A DNA stretch of 64,000 nt from Camelus dromedarius (Eukaryota): positions 40,612,001-40,676,000 of the forward strand of contig NC_087437.1 of assembly GCF_036321535.1 (NCBI RefSeq), written 5' to 3'. Under the pieces are notes generated by a model. The model made no database searches. It was not told the DNA's origin and worked only from the letters and a program-made list of their open reading frames with translations. The position numbers and the translations under genes are program-made. Below, one piece after another: positions 27,052 through 39,487 of the stretch; positions within the stretch are counted from its first letter, which is position 1; every line of letters starts with the position of its first letter.

Positions 27052-27216
27052 GCTATGTGCAGGCTTGCCGAGCCCTGATGATCGGTGCCTCAGTCCTGGG
27101 TCTGCCGGCCATTCTCCTGCTGCTGACAGTTCTCCCCTTCATCCGAATGGGCCATGAGCCAGGCGTGGCCAAGTACAGGCGGGCCCAGCTGGCTGGCGTC
27201 ATGCTCATTCTGCTGG
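27052..27216 (+). CDS. CLDN11: Claudin-11 exon 2, 165 bp
   Basis: Branch point CTAAC at 27021, acceptor ttccAG|GC, donor TGG|GTAAGA; GYVQACRALMIGASVLGLPAILLLLTVLPFIRMGHEPGVAKYRRAQLAGVMLILL. Confidence 0.98.
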
Positions 27217-27483
27217 GTAAGACGGCTTTCTATAGAGCACCCCAACTGCGAGTGAACCCAAAGAATCTCAGGTTTTGCTACTGCTTCACTGAGCTCAAGA
27301 GATGTGCACAAGGAAGGCATGGATACAATGTATATCCCTTCATGTTTCCTAGGCAGTTGATGCAGAGAAATAAGTAGTCTGTAAGGGTCACTGAACATGA
27401 AAATAAGTTAAAAAACCAACAAAAATAAAAGGATTTTGAGACACAGCTAAGAGAGAGACCAGAAGGACGGAAGAGAGTTACAT

Positions 27484-27648
27484 AGTGGTTCTCCACTCAG
27501 GCTTCGCGATGGAATCCCTTTTTGGAAACACTCATGCCCAGGTCCCACAGCAGATCAATGGAGTCATAATCTCTGGGCATCAGGCCAGGCAAAGATATTT
27601 TTTGAAAGCTTCCTAGATGACGTTTATATGCAGCCAGGGTTGAGAAGT
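27484..27648. mobile_element. MER5A-like hAT MITE
   Basis: Ends agtggttctc...cagccagggttgagaa. Related fragments near 39010-39180, 40170-40335 and 62311-62490. Confidence 0.75.
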
Positions 27649-29093
27649 TCAGTTAACATATAAAGAAAGACCCAAGAGAGAGGAGGGCAGGAGAAAAGTC
27701 AGATGTTGAGGGTGGAAGATCACTAGGTGATGATTCCATCTTTCATTCAATAAACATTCATTGAGCACCTGCTGAGGGCCAGGCACCCTGGTGGGCTCTG
27801 GGGATATTGGAAAAAAGAAAGCCATCTCTGCCTTGAATGTACTTGGACATCTTGGTAGAGTGTGGTATGTGCTCATCTATAAAAGGTACCCAGGCTGTGC
27901 ACACACATAGGAAGGCACCTGACCCAGACTAGAGGAGCTTCTCAGAGCAGAGGAGTCCAGCGATGAGTTTTGACAGTTGGAGAGAAGGTGGTCAGGTCAT
28001 GGATTGGAGGGAGGGACAGCCCAGGTCAAGGACACAGTGTGTGCTCGTTCAGTTTTTCTGATTACACCTGCATGCAGGGGGCTTGATTTAACAACCCAGG
28101 GAGGGTCTTCCTAGCTCTGCTGTCATCAGTGATTTCATCTCTCTCTAGTCTTTTTTTTTGAAGGCTAATTCCACCAGCACATTCTAAATCCTAATAGAAG
28201 ATATGCATTTTAAGAACAGCAGCTATTGTTGCAGAGTGCACTGATAATTCTGTGAGAAGACGTTAGTCTGGATGTGAGTTAGATATAAAGTCAGATTCTC
28301 CTGGGACAAGGAATTCCCATCCCCCAGCTGGCATTGGGCCATGTGTTTGAGGGGGAAAGGTAAGGAGTCAGGGTTTTGTGTGGGTCAGTGCCACTTAGTG
28401 AAGGTAACCCACAGTGACACCGAGGTGAGGGGACATGAGAGGTAGGGGTGCCATTTCCCTTGATTGCAAAGGGATGGAAATTTTTAGGGGCTTGTGAAGC
28501 CATAGAGAATTTAGAGGAGGGGCTTGTGTCTGTGTAGATGTGTATGTATGAAAAGGAGTGAAGAGACCAGAAAACCTGTAATTTCCAGAGGAGAATCTGG
28601 GCATGGACATTTTGGTTCCAGCTGCATAGAATGTGTGTGTGAGTGCCACATGGAACACACTGTCAGCATTATGTGCTTCATCCAACTCACAGGGTCCATT
28701 TCCATCATGCTTTTTGGTGGTCAGATCTTTGTATCTGAACTCCCTTTCCAGTAGGGAGACCAAAGCTCTACAAGTAAACTGGTTTGCAGAATCCAGGTGA
28801 AACCCTTCTCATCCGAGACATTGGTGGTTGTAACTTTCCTCACATTCCAACAGAAGCCCCACAAGGCTCTCTCTTTGGCTTTGAGGATGTCAAAGCCAAA
28901 GCCAAAGCCAAAGCCAAAGGATGGGTCTGTTGTGTTGGGTGAATAGTCACCTTTAGAAATTCCAGCCTTCTATATGAGAGTCACAGAATACCCACATGTA
29001 AGAGAATACATTAAAAAAAAAACCCCAAATCCAGTAGAAAAGAAAGATATAAAAGCAAAATCATACATACAAATTGGTATTTTAAAAAAGCCT

Positions 29094-29224
29094 GGGGGAA
29101 GGGTATAGCTCAGTTATAGAGTGTGTGCTTAGCATGCATGAGGTCCTGGGTTCAATCCCCAGTACCTCCATCAAAATAAATAAATAAACATAATAACCCC
29201 CCCAAATAAAATAAATATATTTTT
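29094..29224 (+). mobile_element. tRNA-Ala-derived SINE (Vic-1-like) in CLDN11 intron 2
   Basis: gggggaagggtatagctcagttatagag...gcttagcatgcatgaggtcctgggttcaatccccagtacctcc with A-rich tail; aaaaagcctg repeated on both sides. Confidence 0.9.
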
Positions 29225-32200
29225 AAAAAGCCTGAAAACCATTGAATTGTCCAGTTGAATATAAGGGTTACTTAAAAAAAATAGCAACCAATTGTTTGGA
29301 ACTTCCTAGCTGAATTAAATAAAGTTTATCTTTTTCAAGGGGGTTGGTGGATACAGACAGAATCATAGAGAGTAAAGTGAGAGGAGGGGAGGCAGTGCTG
29401 TGAGTTCCTCTGCTTGCTGCCTGGAAGGAAATGACAGAGGGGGTGCTGAGTGACTGCTACCCATTCCCCAGGGATCGGCTGCCCCGTTCTGGCCACTCGC
29501 TGTTAGGAGGGGACGAGAGCACCGCACCTGGCCCTCCTGTAGCCTTGTGTCTCCAGTGTTACCTATGTCCTCATTGATTGTTCCCGACCAGATTTATTTC
29601 CCAGTGTGTCACCACCTGCCTTTGGGTTGGATGTTGTTTTGACTGGACCAAGCTAGCTCTGGAAATGTAAAGCTCATTGTCTCAAGTGTGGCACCTGCTG
29701 GTCTTCTCTGGGTCTTCTCTGCAGGGAGCCCGAGTGCCTTGTTTCCCCTGCTGGCAGGGGGTGGGAGGAGCCAGAGAGTGAAGGCTCCCTTTGTGTGCTG
29801 GGGATGGGCTCTGTCGCTGCCCCCGGAGAAGCCAGTGCTGGGTGCTAGGGGTCACCGACAGTGCTCCACTTGAGATGTGGTCCCTCACCAAAGGGGGACC
29901 AGGCATACTGGGGTGTGGGGGCCTGGGAACTGGAAACAGGGTGAAAACTCATCTTGGTCTGAAAACTGTAAGAACTATTAATTAAAATCAATTCTTTCTG
30001 AGCCTGAAAATCTTTAATTGTTTTTCTGAAAGCTTAAAAAAATTATGTCAGCTTTATCTTCTTGGCAGTCTCAGTTCAGCAGTGTTTGGATTTGGTTCCT
30101 GCTGTGAGGGAGGGACTGGGAGCCTGATGCTGCCGGCTTCTTAAGCCAGATGAGTAGCTCAAGGAGCAGCAGGCTTCCAGATCCAGGATGGATCTGAGGC
30201 CAAGCTAATCTGTGACTTTTCAAGAACCCCTGCCAAGGCAGGAGGTACCTAGGCCCTGGGGTGCTGTGTCTTATCATTTGGAGTCAGACCAACTGCGCTA
30301 GATCTTGGAACTACCATTTTCTAGCTGTGTGAATGGGGGCGGTTACTTCATGTCTCTGAGCCTTTAGATAAAATGGGCACAATACTGTCTACTTTTGAGG
30401 TTGCTAAAAATAGGGAAATGATGTATATAAGCGATAAGTCCTCAGCAAAAGGTGGCTTTTTTACTGCTGTTGTTAGTGAGAGGAAATAGAGAGCTAACCT
30501 AGAAGGCAACTGGTAGTCCGTCTGTCTGACTTCTGCAGAGTCATCTCCACACGTGGAACTGGTAAGGGGAGACGGTGAGCTGTTCCTGGAAACACCAGGT
30601 CACAGCCTAGTCTAATGGAACTATTTCCTTGCTTTACTTTGTAGAAACCAGAGTGTAGGATCAATAGTTTTGAGTTTTTTGCTTATTCCATTATGAAAAG
30701 CCACCATAAGCTACGCAGCTGAAAATTCTCAAGCTTAGTTCTGACTGAGTCTAATTCTCACTTTGCTGTAAGTTAGAAGTACTTGATTTGGGTGTTCCTG
30801 GGGGAGACGGGGTAGGGAACAAAAGGAAAGGAAATGTATTTTCCTTCTTAAGTGGAATCCTTTGTCTTCTCTTCCCCTTTTAAAAAACATGGCCCCAGGA
30901 ATCCTATTTGCATTGGAAAAAAAGTTTTTAACTTGAAACTTATAGCTTAATAATGAAATTGCTGTGAAATAAAGGGTATATGCAAATGTGGGACAAATTG
31001 AGCTTGTCATGCACACAAAATAAGATGTCCTCAGGGACTGGGAATCCTTGGGTGTGGAATAAACAGTGATGCCCTTAATCCTGGAGCATTAAGACAATAG
31101 TTAGAAAAAGTCTTCTTCCAAACTCATTAGCTTTACACAAACAAGTTCCTAAATCAAATTCCATTTGGGTAGAGAAAAGTATGTGGCATCTTGGTGTGGT
31201 TGTGGCTTAAAATGACCTTATCAGTGAAACTGGAGGAATTAACTGCTTTATGAGGTCTCTCTTGTCTCTAAATTCTGTGGTTTTTTTTTTTTTTTTAATT
31301 GACAACCACAAAGCTGACTTTGAAAAAGTGTTATAGGAAAAAAAGAGATAATGATGTGTGGAATAGAAATAAAGGGGGAAAATGTTGAAAGCAGGCCAGG
31401 AAAATAATGTACTCAAATATTCCACTGACTTGATGAGTGTTATAAATATTAGATCTTCATAAAAGTCATTGTCTAAGAGGTGTGGGTCCTTTGGCAGCTA
31501 CGTTTTCTTCAGTCAAAATTTAGAGAAGGACAAATGAAAAATAAAAATCCTCTGGTTTCAAATTATAAGGAAAACAACAAATACATATGACTCCAACCGA
31601 CAACTCGTTAGAGATCTCATTGCTTGTTGCCTTGAGTCAACTGACCTCTTTGTGAAGAGCTAAAGTGAATTGGTAGTTACAGCACGGGATGTAATAGCAT
31701 CAGTCATAGAAGACAGCATTCGGTGCATTGTAAATGTTAAATGGAGGGAGATTTTTTAAAAAGTTTTTATTGTGGAAAATTTTAAACACACACAAACATA
31801 GAAAGCATAGTATAATGAATGCCCAGGAACCCAGATTCATTCCCAGTAATGATCAACTCACGGCCAATGTGCTTGGTCTTTGTACTTCTCCTTTTCTTCC
31901 ATCCCCAGATGTTTTTTTTTTTTGAAGCCAATCTCAGATATGAGATCAAGGAGGATTTTTTTTTCTTTTCCTCCAGTATTACTAATGTAAGTCAGAATAA
32001 TTTAAGTGATTTCAATGAAAATAGTGTTTTGTGCTAGAAATGATGTTTTTAAAAGTCCTTTCAATGCTTAGTGCTGAAAGTGACAAAAGCTGGAAGACAT
32101 GTGTTCATTGGAGGAAGGAAGAAATGTGAGGGTCCACTGCTCTTCTGTCTTTCTGGGCTTCTTTGTCTGGCTATCTCTGTAAGTTGTTACTGCCAAAACC

Positions 32201-32856
32201 AAACATACCTGTACCAACTATATTTAACTTCATCACATTTATTTAGCTCCATGTAGTACCATGTGTCATATAATCCCTAAAGAGATGAAAAGCTACACTT
32301 AACATTTCATTGCTTGAAAACTGCGTTTTCAAATATTTTCTGTGTTTGGCTACATCAAGATCATTGCTAACTTTTAGTAAGGTTGTTTTCTATCAACTAA
32401 AGTACTGATTGCATTAGATTATTTGAAACTTATCAAAAGAGGCAAACAATTTTATTCTATGAAAAGCAAGGAATTCTGCTTGTGAGAGGACCCAGTCCAG
32501 ATCGATCTATACCTACACAGTGCAGCTTTCTTCCCCCCTTCTTCTTTTGTTTTTTACGATGAAGATATCCCCAATTTTCACTTTCTACCCTCCCACAAGT
32601 GGCAGATTTTTTTTCCCTCTTGTGCAGTTAACTATCGCATCTTCTGAAGGTAGAAGGGGAGAAAGAATGAAAAATTTGCATGTTAAAATTCCCCTACTTT
32701 TATTTCTAAAGACTTCATTTAAAAATAAATTCTCATGACATAAAAAGAAACAAAAATTCCCTTTATCTTCCTTCAATTTTCCTTACCTTATAGGTAGCTG
32801 TGACTTTTAAAGAACATTTTCTTATTTTTCCCCAAATATGTAGAGAATCATTACAA

Positions 32857-32860
<4 letters not shown>

Positions 32861-32914
<54 letters not shown>
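32861..32914. repeat. (TG)27 microsatellite
   Basis: Directly visible, uninterrupted. Confidence 0.97.
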
Positions 32915-32916
<2 letters not shown>

Positions 32917-34550
32917 TGCAAATAGAAATAAATCTAGCAGGCCTTCTATGTCTTTAAGAAAGCCAAAAATTATTGCCAGTTCTATTAATATTTCACATCT
33001 TTTAGTTAAGTATGGTATGACTTGCATTTTTAACTTTACTGATTGAAATATAGTCCCTTTTCCCTTTAAATCATGCTGAAGCTGAGTAAACTTTCCTTCT
33101 TTAGTTTTTAAACATTCTTCATTGTGAGTTCAGTTGAAGGTCACTGTTCCCAGCAAACCCCTCATTTCCCTTCATGTTGTGTGGCGGTCTGTCATCTTTC
33201 AGTGGTTTTGATGTGGTCCATCTTTGAGAGCCACAGGAATTCCACCCAGAGTTCAATTATCTACTAGGAAATAAAGAGCCTGCTGGCACTCATTTGCCTT
33301 GTCTTGCATGCCTTGTAAAAGCAGGAAATCTTCAATGAGGTAAATCGAGAGCTTGTCGCTTTAAGTGTGTTAAAGTCACATTAAGGTTTTATAATTTTGG
33401 AAGTCAGTTTTGGTGTGGATGAGGTGGAGAATAGACTAGAAATGAGACGGTCTTTCATTTCTCCATCTGTCTGTCCATCCATCCACCCATTCACTCATCC
33501 AGTCCTATCGGTTCATTATTTAAATGTTTAGACTGTTTTCTGATTTTTCCCTTTTTCTAGTGAATTATTTTGGAATAAAATCTAACAAAATCCCTGAAGG
33601 TTACTTTTGGAAAATTGAGGATGATTCTTTCCCTACCTGAAGATAACCTGTTTTATTACTTTGCTTAGGCAAAGGGGAAGAATTCAGTGAAATTACAGGC
33701 AATTAAAAAAAATCTTATTCTATAAAATCTGAACCAAATCTGAAAGTTAGGTGAGGTGTACATGAAATGTGGAGAATGCTTTTGTGTGTGTGTGGTATGT
33801 GTAAATACACAGTAATTGAAAAATAGAAAACTGAATTTGAACCATAACCTCTTTTGAAACAAGTTAATTGTTTATAGGAAAAATCGATTGACTTGAACCA
33901 AATCATTTGGGATCAAGTCTTTTTTTTTTTTCCTATGGAATTCAGCTCTTCTCTCCCCACCTTTTCCCTCTAATCAAGCTTGAGTGTTTGGAAACCCTTG
34001 CTAGGTTGCTGTTTTTGCCTCCTTTTGGCTTATAGGTGTGTGTAGCTGGATTGTGTATTGATATGAAGAATCTAGAACAGTTCTTGTCTCTGGCTGATGA
34101 AGAAAAGTTATCTCTCTATGCTTTGTTGAGAGTGTAACCATGACAATAGCCAAGCGCTTCTCCAAGAGTGCCAGATTTGGAATCCGTGTCCAGAGGAGGA
34201 GAGAAAAAAATACCTTTTCCTGTACCTCAACATAGTCAAAGCCTTGGGCTGGAAATCGACCAGATCAACTGGTCTTCTTGAGAATATTCTATTTGTAGGA
34301 AGAAAACACATCTTCTCATGATACCTCATATAAAAATTTTACAGAAACTGGCATGATTGTGTTTTACTCTTTAAATAAAATGAAGCCATTAACACATGGG
34401 TAGATTTTAGCTTCTTAGATAATCTGTACAAACTCTTTAAATGTATGAATAGTTTAGAATTAATGGAATGAATTTAGGCTGTTAGAAAGCCAATTGGAGC
34501 AAACCCACTGCTTTGAATTTACTAAAGGCTTTCTGAATAATGATTGGACA

Positions 34551-34583
<33 letters not shown>
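34551..34583. repeat. (CAT)11 microsatellite
   Basis: Directly visible. Confidence 0.95.
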
Positions 34584-35820
34584 TATTATTTTTTTGGACT
34601 GTCAACTTTAATGTGCCATCCCAACTTAAAGCTTTGACTAAAATTTCTGTTCTGCTGCAGTTGTGAGAAATCAGATGATATCAAAAAAAGTATGGAGTTA
34701 CTTTGTCTAAAGCTTTGTTGTTTAGTACATTAGCCACTAGGCATATGTGGTCATTTAAATTTAAATTAATTAAAGTTTAAAATTTGGTTTTCAGTCTCAC
34801 TTACCTCATAAGAAACCTTCAGTAGCCCACGTAGCCCACTGTCTATTTGACAGTGCTAGGGTAGAGGTTTAAAATATTTTTAAGTCTTTATAGACTCCTG
34901 CCTGCCCTGTTTTGTTACTTTGCTTAGGAGAAGGGGAAGAATTAAATGATGCAGAGGCTGTTTCTTATCTGATTCTTTAAAATCTAAACCAAATCTGAAA
35001 GTTAGGCTGGTTGGTGCAAGACCATAAAGTTCTACCATTGTGACCCACAACAAATACCATCATTATAAAAATCCTTCAATGGATAACTTCTTTTACTCAG
35101 AACTGTTCGTGTGTGTTGATATCTTGTGATTGTGAACAGCATAATACAAACTCAGATTCTTAGCTGATACTCCACTGATGTCCAGCAGTATTCACCACAG
35201 CAAGGGAATTTGCATAGCTTCCTTGGGTCTTTGTACTGTGAATTGACCAAAATGAAAAGATGGAGTACAAATTGAAGTGGGCACCATCTTGTTTCTCATT
35301 TCTAAATAGCTTAGGTCATCCATCATGTCACTGGTATACACTGAGCACATACTATGTGCTTCTTGCTTAGCTAAACACTGATTTTACAAACATAAGTAAG
35401 ACATGGGCCTGGCCTTCAAGGAACTCAGAACTTGTAAAGAGATAATTATAATGCAATTAGGTAAGTGAAATAATAAAATTATATCAATAGGTATATATAG
35501 TCAAGATACATGTGTAAATACAAATACATATTTTTTGGACTTAAATGATTTGTTTCTAGGTTTTTACATTGGAGTTGCTTTGTCTCTGCCACCTGTTGAA
35601 AAAATACGGACCTAGCAGTCTGACACAAGCTTTTGATCTGCTTATTCTGTAGGTGCAAACCTTTAGGTTCAGATTGCCCCTGAGGGATCAGAGCTCTATG
35701 TACTGAGTTTTGGGAGTTGGTTGGAAGCCAGAGGGGTGTGTACGTGGAGTAAGGGGAGCCTGCTCGCGGCTTGGTGTGTGATGGGTATGCCCAGTCACAG
35801 CCCTCTCCATGTCTCCCCAG

Positions 35821-36053
35821 CTCTCTGTGCCATGGTTGCCACCATCTGGTTTCCCGTGTGCGCCCACCGTGAGACCACCATCGTGAGCTTTGGCTACTCC
35901 CTGTACGCGGGCTGGATCGGTGCTGTGCTGTGCCTCGTGGGTGGCTGTGTCATCGTCTGCTGCGCTGGAGATGCCCAGTCGTTTGGTGAAAACCGTTTCT
36001 ACTACTCTTCCGGCTCCAGTTCCCCTACTCATGCCAAGAGTGCCCATGTATAA
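35821..36053 (+). CDS. CLDN11: Claudin-11 exon 3 CDS, 233 bp
   Basis: Acceptor ccccAG|CT; ALCAMVATIWFPVCAHRETTIVSFGYSLYAGWIGAVLCLVGGC...THAKSAHV*; 226+165+233 = 624 nt = 207 aa plus stop. Confidence 0.98.
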
Positions 36054-37115
36054 GAGAGCTGCTGGCCTGCCCACGGAGGTGCTGTCGATACTGGGCCCCT
36101 GGCCCTAGGTTTGCTTGCCACAGTGAGGGGGTGGGAAGCCCACTCCTCTGCTAGGCTCCAAAGCCAAAGGTCTAAAAAAGCATCCTATCTGGCATTTTGT
36201 AGTCTTAACACCCCACTCTCCTTTTGTTGCCTTACAAGAAATCTTTAGCTCAAATAATGCCACATATGTTTTTCATGGTCTTGCCCACTATTAGCTCTTC
36301 TCTCTTAGGTATTCTTTTGTCATATATATGTATATGTACATATATACATATACATATATATATATGAAGAAAAAGTTCCTCTCTCTCTTTAAATTTTAAA
36401 TGTCTTGCAAACATTGCTGAGCTGGGTGTGGGTAGAGAAATAAAAGACACTTTCAAACTGTTACAGATGACAATGGGAGCTGCATAAAGATGCCTCTCTG
36501 TTCCCTCCCTTCTCTCAGCTCCAAGGTCATTTAGTTGTAAGCAACAGAAAAAGACAGAATTGGGGACATGGGGCGGGGGAGGGAGGGGAATCGTGGAACT
36601 TTCCCTCCACGGGGAAGTTTCCCTTTTGTAAGTTGAGGGCAAGGGGTGGGGATGTTTTTTAGTTTGTGGTTTTACATTTTTCTGTACATACTTTTTCAAG
36701 ATTGATCATTTTTATAACCATGGTTTTCCTGAAATTCTCAACTCGTCAGTATGAAGGAAATGAACCAAACAGAGTTTAATGATACCATAAGTAACTGTAC
36801 AAGTGAGTATAACTCTGACATTCCACAAAACATGTTTGATTTCCAGGTTTGTATGATGTAGTTTTTAATCCTACACTTGCATATGCTTCAACTTAACACA
36901 TTTTTAAAGCTTTTCCCCCTTTCTCTCTATTTCCATTCTGTTAGCTGTCTTGAAGTGATACTGTTTAACATAAATTGTACTGTTGAATTTGGCTTTACGG
37001 GTGTAAACACTAGTGGCGTATCAGTATCTGAGGCCCCAAAGTCTCCAAACATTGATGGTGCATTTTGTTCTTTAAATGAAATCTGTGCAATAAAATAACA
37101 GACTGTCTGCAAAAC
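36054..37115 (+). other. CLDN11: CLDN11 3' UTR ending after AATAAA at 37089-37094
   Basis: AATAAA at 37089 followed by GT-rich sequence; a second AATAAA at 36439. Cleavage site inferred. Confidence 0.75.
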
Positions 37116-38324
37116 TGGCCTTTAATATTCTGTTGTATCCAGAGGTATCATCCATCAATATGAAATTTTTTCATTAATCTCGACTAGTAATTTATAGGGA
37201 ACCTGGACAGTGATTCAAGAACAAGTCATTCTGCACTGCCCTGAATAATTAAAAAGTTATATTTTATTCACTGTATCATGGTGGTAATGCATGGTGATAA
37301 AAGTGTAACCTAAATGCTCTCTAGGTTTCTTAAGTGGAGCGATGTTACGGCTCCTCTGTCATAGATAAAAAGGCAGCCATTGTGTACCAAGTGCCGAGCA
37401 TTACACGCTAAACTCCTTTATCTGCTCTGAACGCTTAGTAAAGAAATTGCCTACGTATAAAGGGAACTATAAAACAATCTCATTTTATTGGATCTTTAGG
37501 TAAAAATACCTCATGCATTTCACTTAAACATATGCGTGTAGGTATTTGGGAATTTTGAAGTAAGACAGATATATTGAATTGATTTTTGTTTATTTTCTAT
37601 TCTAGAAACTCTGTCTAGTTATGAGTCTGCTCTAAAAAAGAAAAAAAAAAAGATTACAATCTATTTTGGCAGTATTTTTCCAAAAGTACTAATTTTGTTA
37701 GCTGATAGTATAATAATTGGCAAAAGTTTCCTCTTTGGAAATATCCATTTGGGTTAGTCATTTTTTTGTAGATATTTGTGTACATTAGGAGATTATAGCT
37801 TAGTGGAAACAATTTCTAAATTACTTATGGAGAGAAGACAATCTTCATGTTGACCAAAATATTTGCTGAGTTATGATACAGTGTTTGTAAGGACACAAGT
37901 TACGTGATGATGTTGGAGGGCCGTCCCTGCCTCCTAAAAACTTGTCAGAGTGCGATGGCCGTGGACACGAATGGAGCAAGAGGCACTGAGGGGTGTGGAC
38001 AAGGAGGGCTGTAGGTCCCCACATCCCTTGCCCTCCTCACAACCGCCGGCTTGAATGGGAAGTGTCCTCTTACGGATGCGTGTGCCCACTCACCCGCCTC
38101 CTTCTCTGAGGCTGCTGCCTGCCTTCTCACGTGAGGGGGTGTGCTGCCTGAGCCCCAGTTTCCCCTGCAGCAGGAGGAGAGGCGCTCCCAATCTCTCCTA
38201 GCGATCGCTGCCCGCCTAGTGAGAGAATCCCATTTTGGAGGCCATAACTCCAGCGCAGGGTTTTATTATCAGTGTGAGCGAGGCGGGGGGCGGTGGGGGG
38301 GGGGCGGCTAGCTGTTCCTCCAGA

Positions 38325-38636
38325 AGAGCACTGTCCAGTAGAAATATAACATCAGCCACACATGTGATTTAAAATTTTTCTAGGAGCCACATTAAAACTA
38401 AAAGCAAATGAATGAAATTAATTTTAATATATTCTATTTTAATCCAGTACATCCAAAATATTATCATATCCTCATATAGTCAGTTATTAATGGGATATTT
38501 TATGTTCTTCTTTTTGTATTAAGTCTTTGGATTCCAGGGCGTGTTTTACACTTACAGTCCCTCTCCATTGACACTGGCCATGCTGCAAGTGCTCAGTGGC
38601 CATGGATGGCTAGTGGCTGCTGGATTGGACAGCACG
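38325..38636. mobile_element. MER33-like hAT-Charlie element
   Basis: gcactgtccagtagaaatataac...gccacacatgtgattt...ggctagtggctgctggattggacagcac, with inverted ends. Confidence 0.8.
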
Positions 38637-39449
38637 GTTACAGAACAACACGTTCTGTCTCAGTAACAAAAGGGGGACTCAGCCTTGATGGTTTTAGCTG
38701 CCCTCATTAGAGCTCCATTGTAACCTGGCACTTACAGTGACAGTAATTGTCACCAGAGGAAGACAGTAACCCCAGTCACAGGTAAAACAGCAGACCCAAG
38801 GAGCTCCTCCTGAAAAACAGGAAAAAGGGAAGTCCTGCTCTTTTTTTTTTTTAAGTCCTGCTCTTGAGACCTCTTTGTGCTAAAATCCTCCCCACAGTCC
38901 CCAGTGTATAGATGAGGAAAATGACATGTAGAGAGTGTAGGTTATTTGTCAAGGTCAAGTTGCCCCTATATAGAGCTAATATTGGATTTAAGTCTAATTG
39001 TGAAGTCTTTGTTCTCCAGTATAAGAATCACTACTGGGACATCAGGTGAATTGCAGATTCTCTCTCTTCACCCAGTACACCGACTCAATAGATGTGGGTT
39101 GGTACCCAAGAGTCTGCATTTTTATTCTGCATCCCCGGTGATTCTGACGAGGTGGTCCCCATGCCACACTTTGATAAACAGTGAAGGGCAGGCCTCTTTC
39201 TCACGTCCTTCTGTAGTGCAGCCAATCCCGTCCCTCGTCCCTCTTGGATGGTCCTCGGAGGCAAGATGACTGAGAGTTACATCCAGCTTCCCCTGAGTCT
39301 TTGTCCTGTTCTGAAGAGACCTGCATGCAGGGGATCTTTGATTTGAAATGAACTAGTTCTGCTCACGCTATCTAAGAATTTGATAGAAACCGAATTAGAG
39401 AAAGAATGTTTCAAGGAAATCTCTGAATCTATGAATGCCAGTTACAACG

Positions 39450-39487
<38 letters not shown>

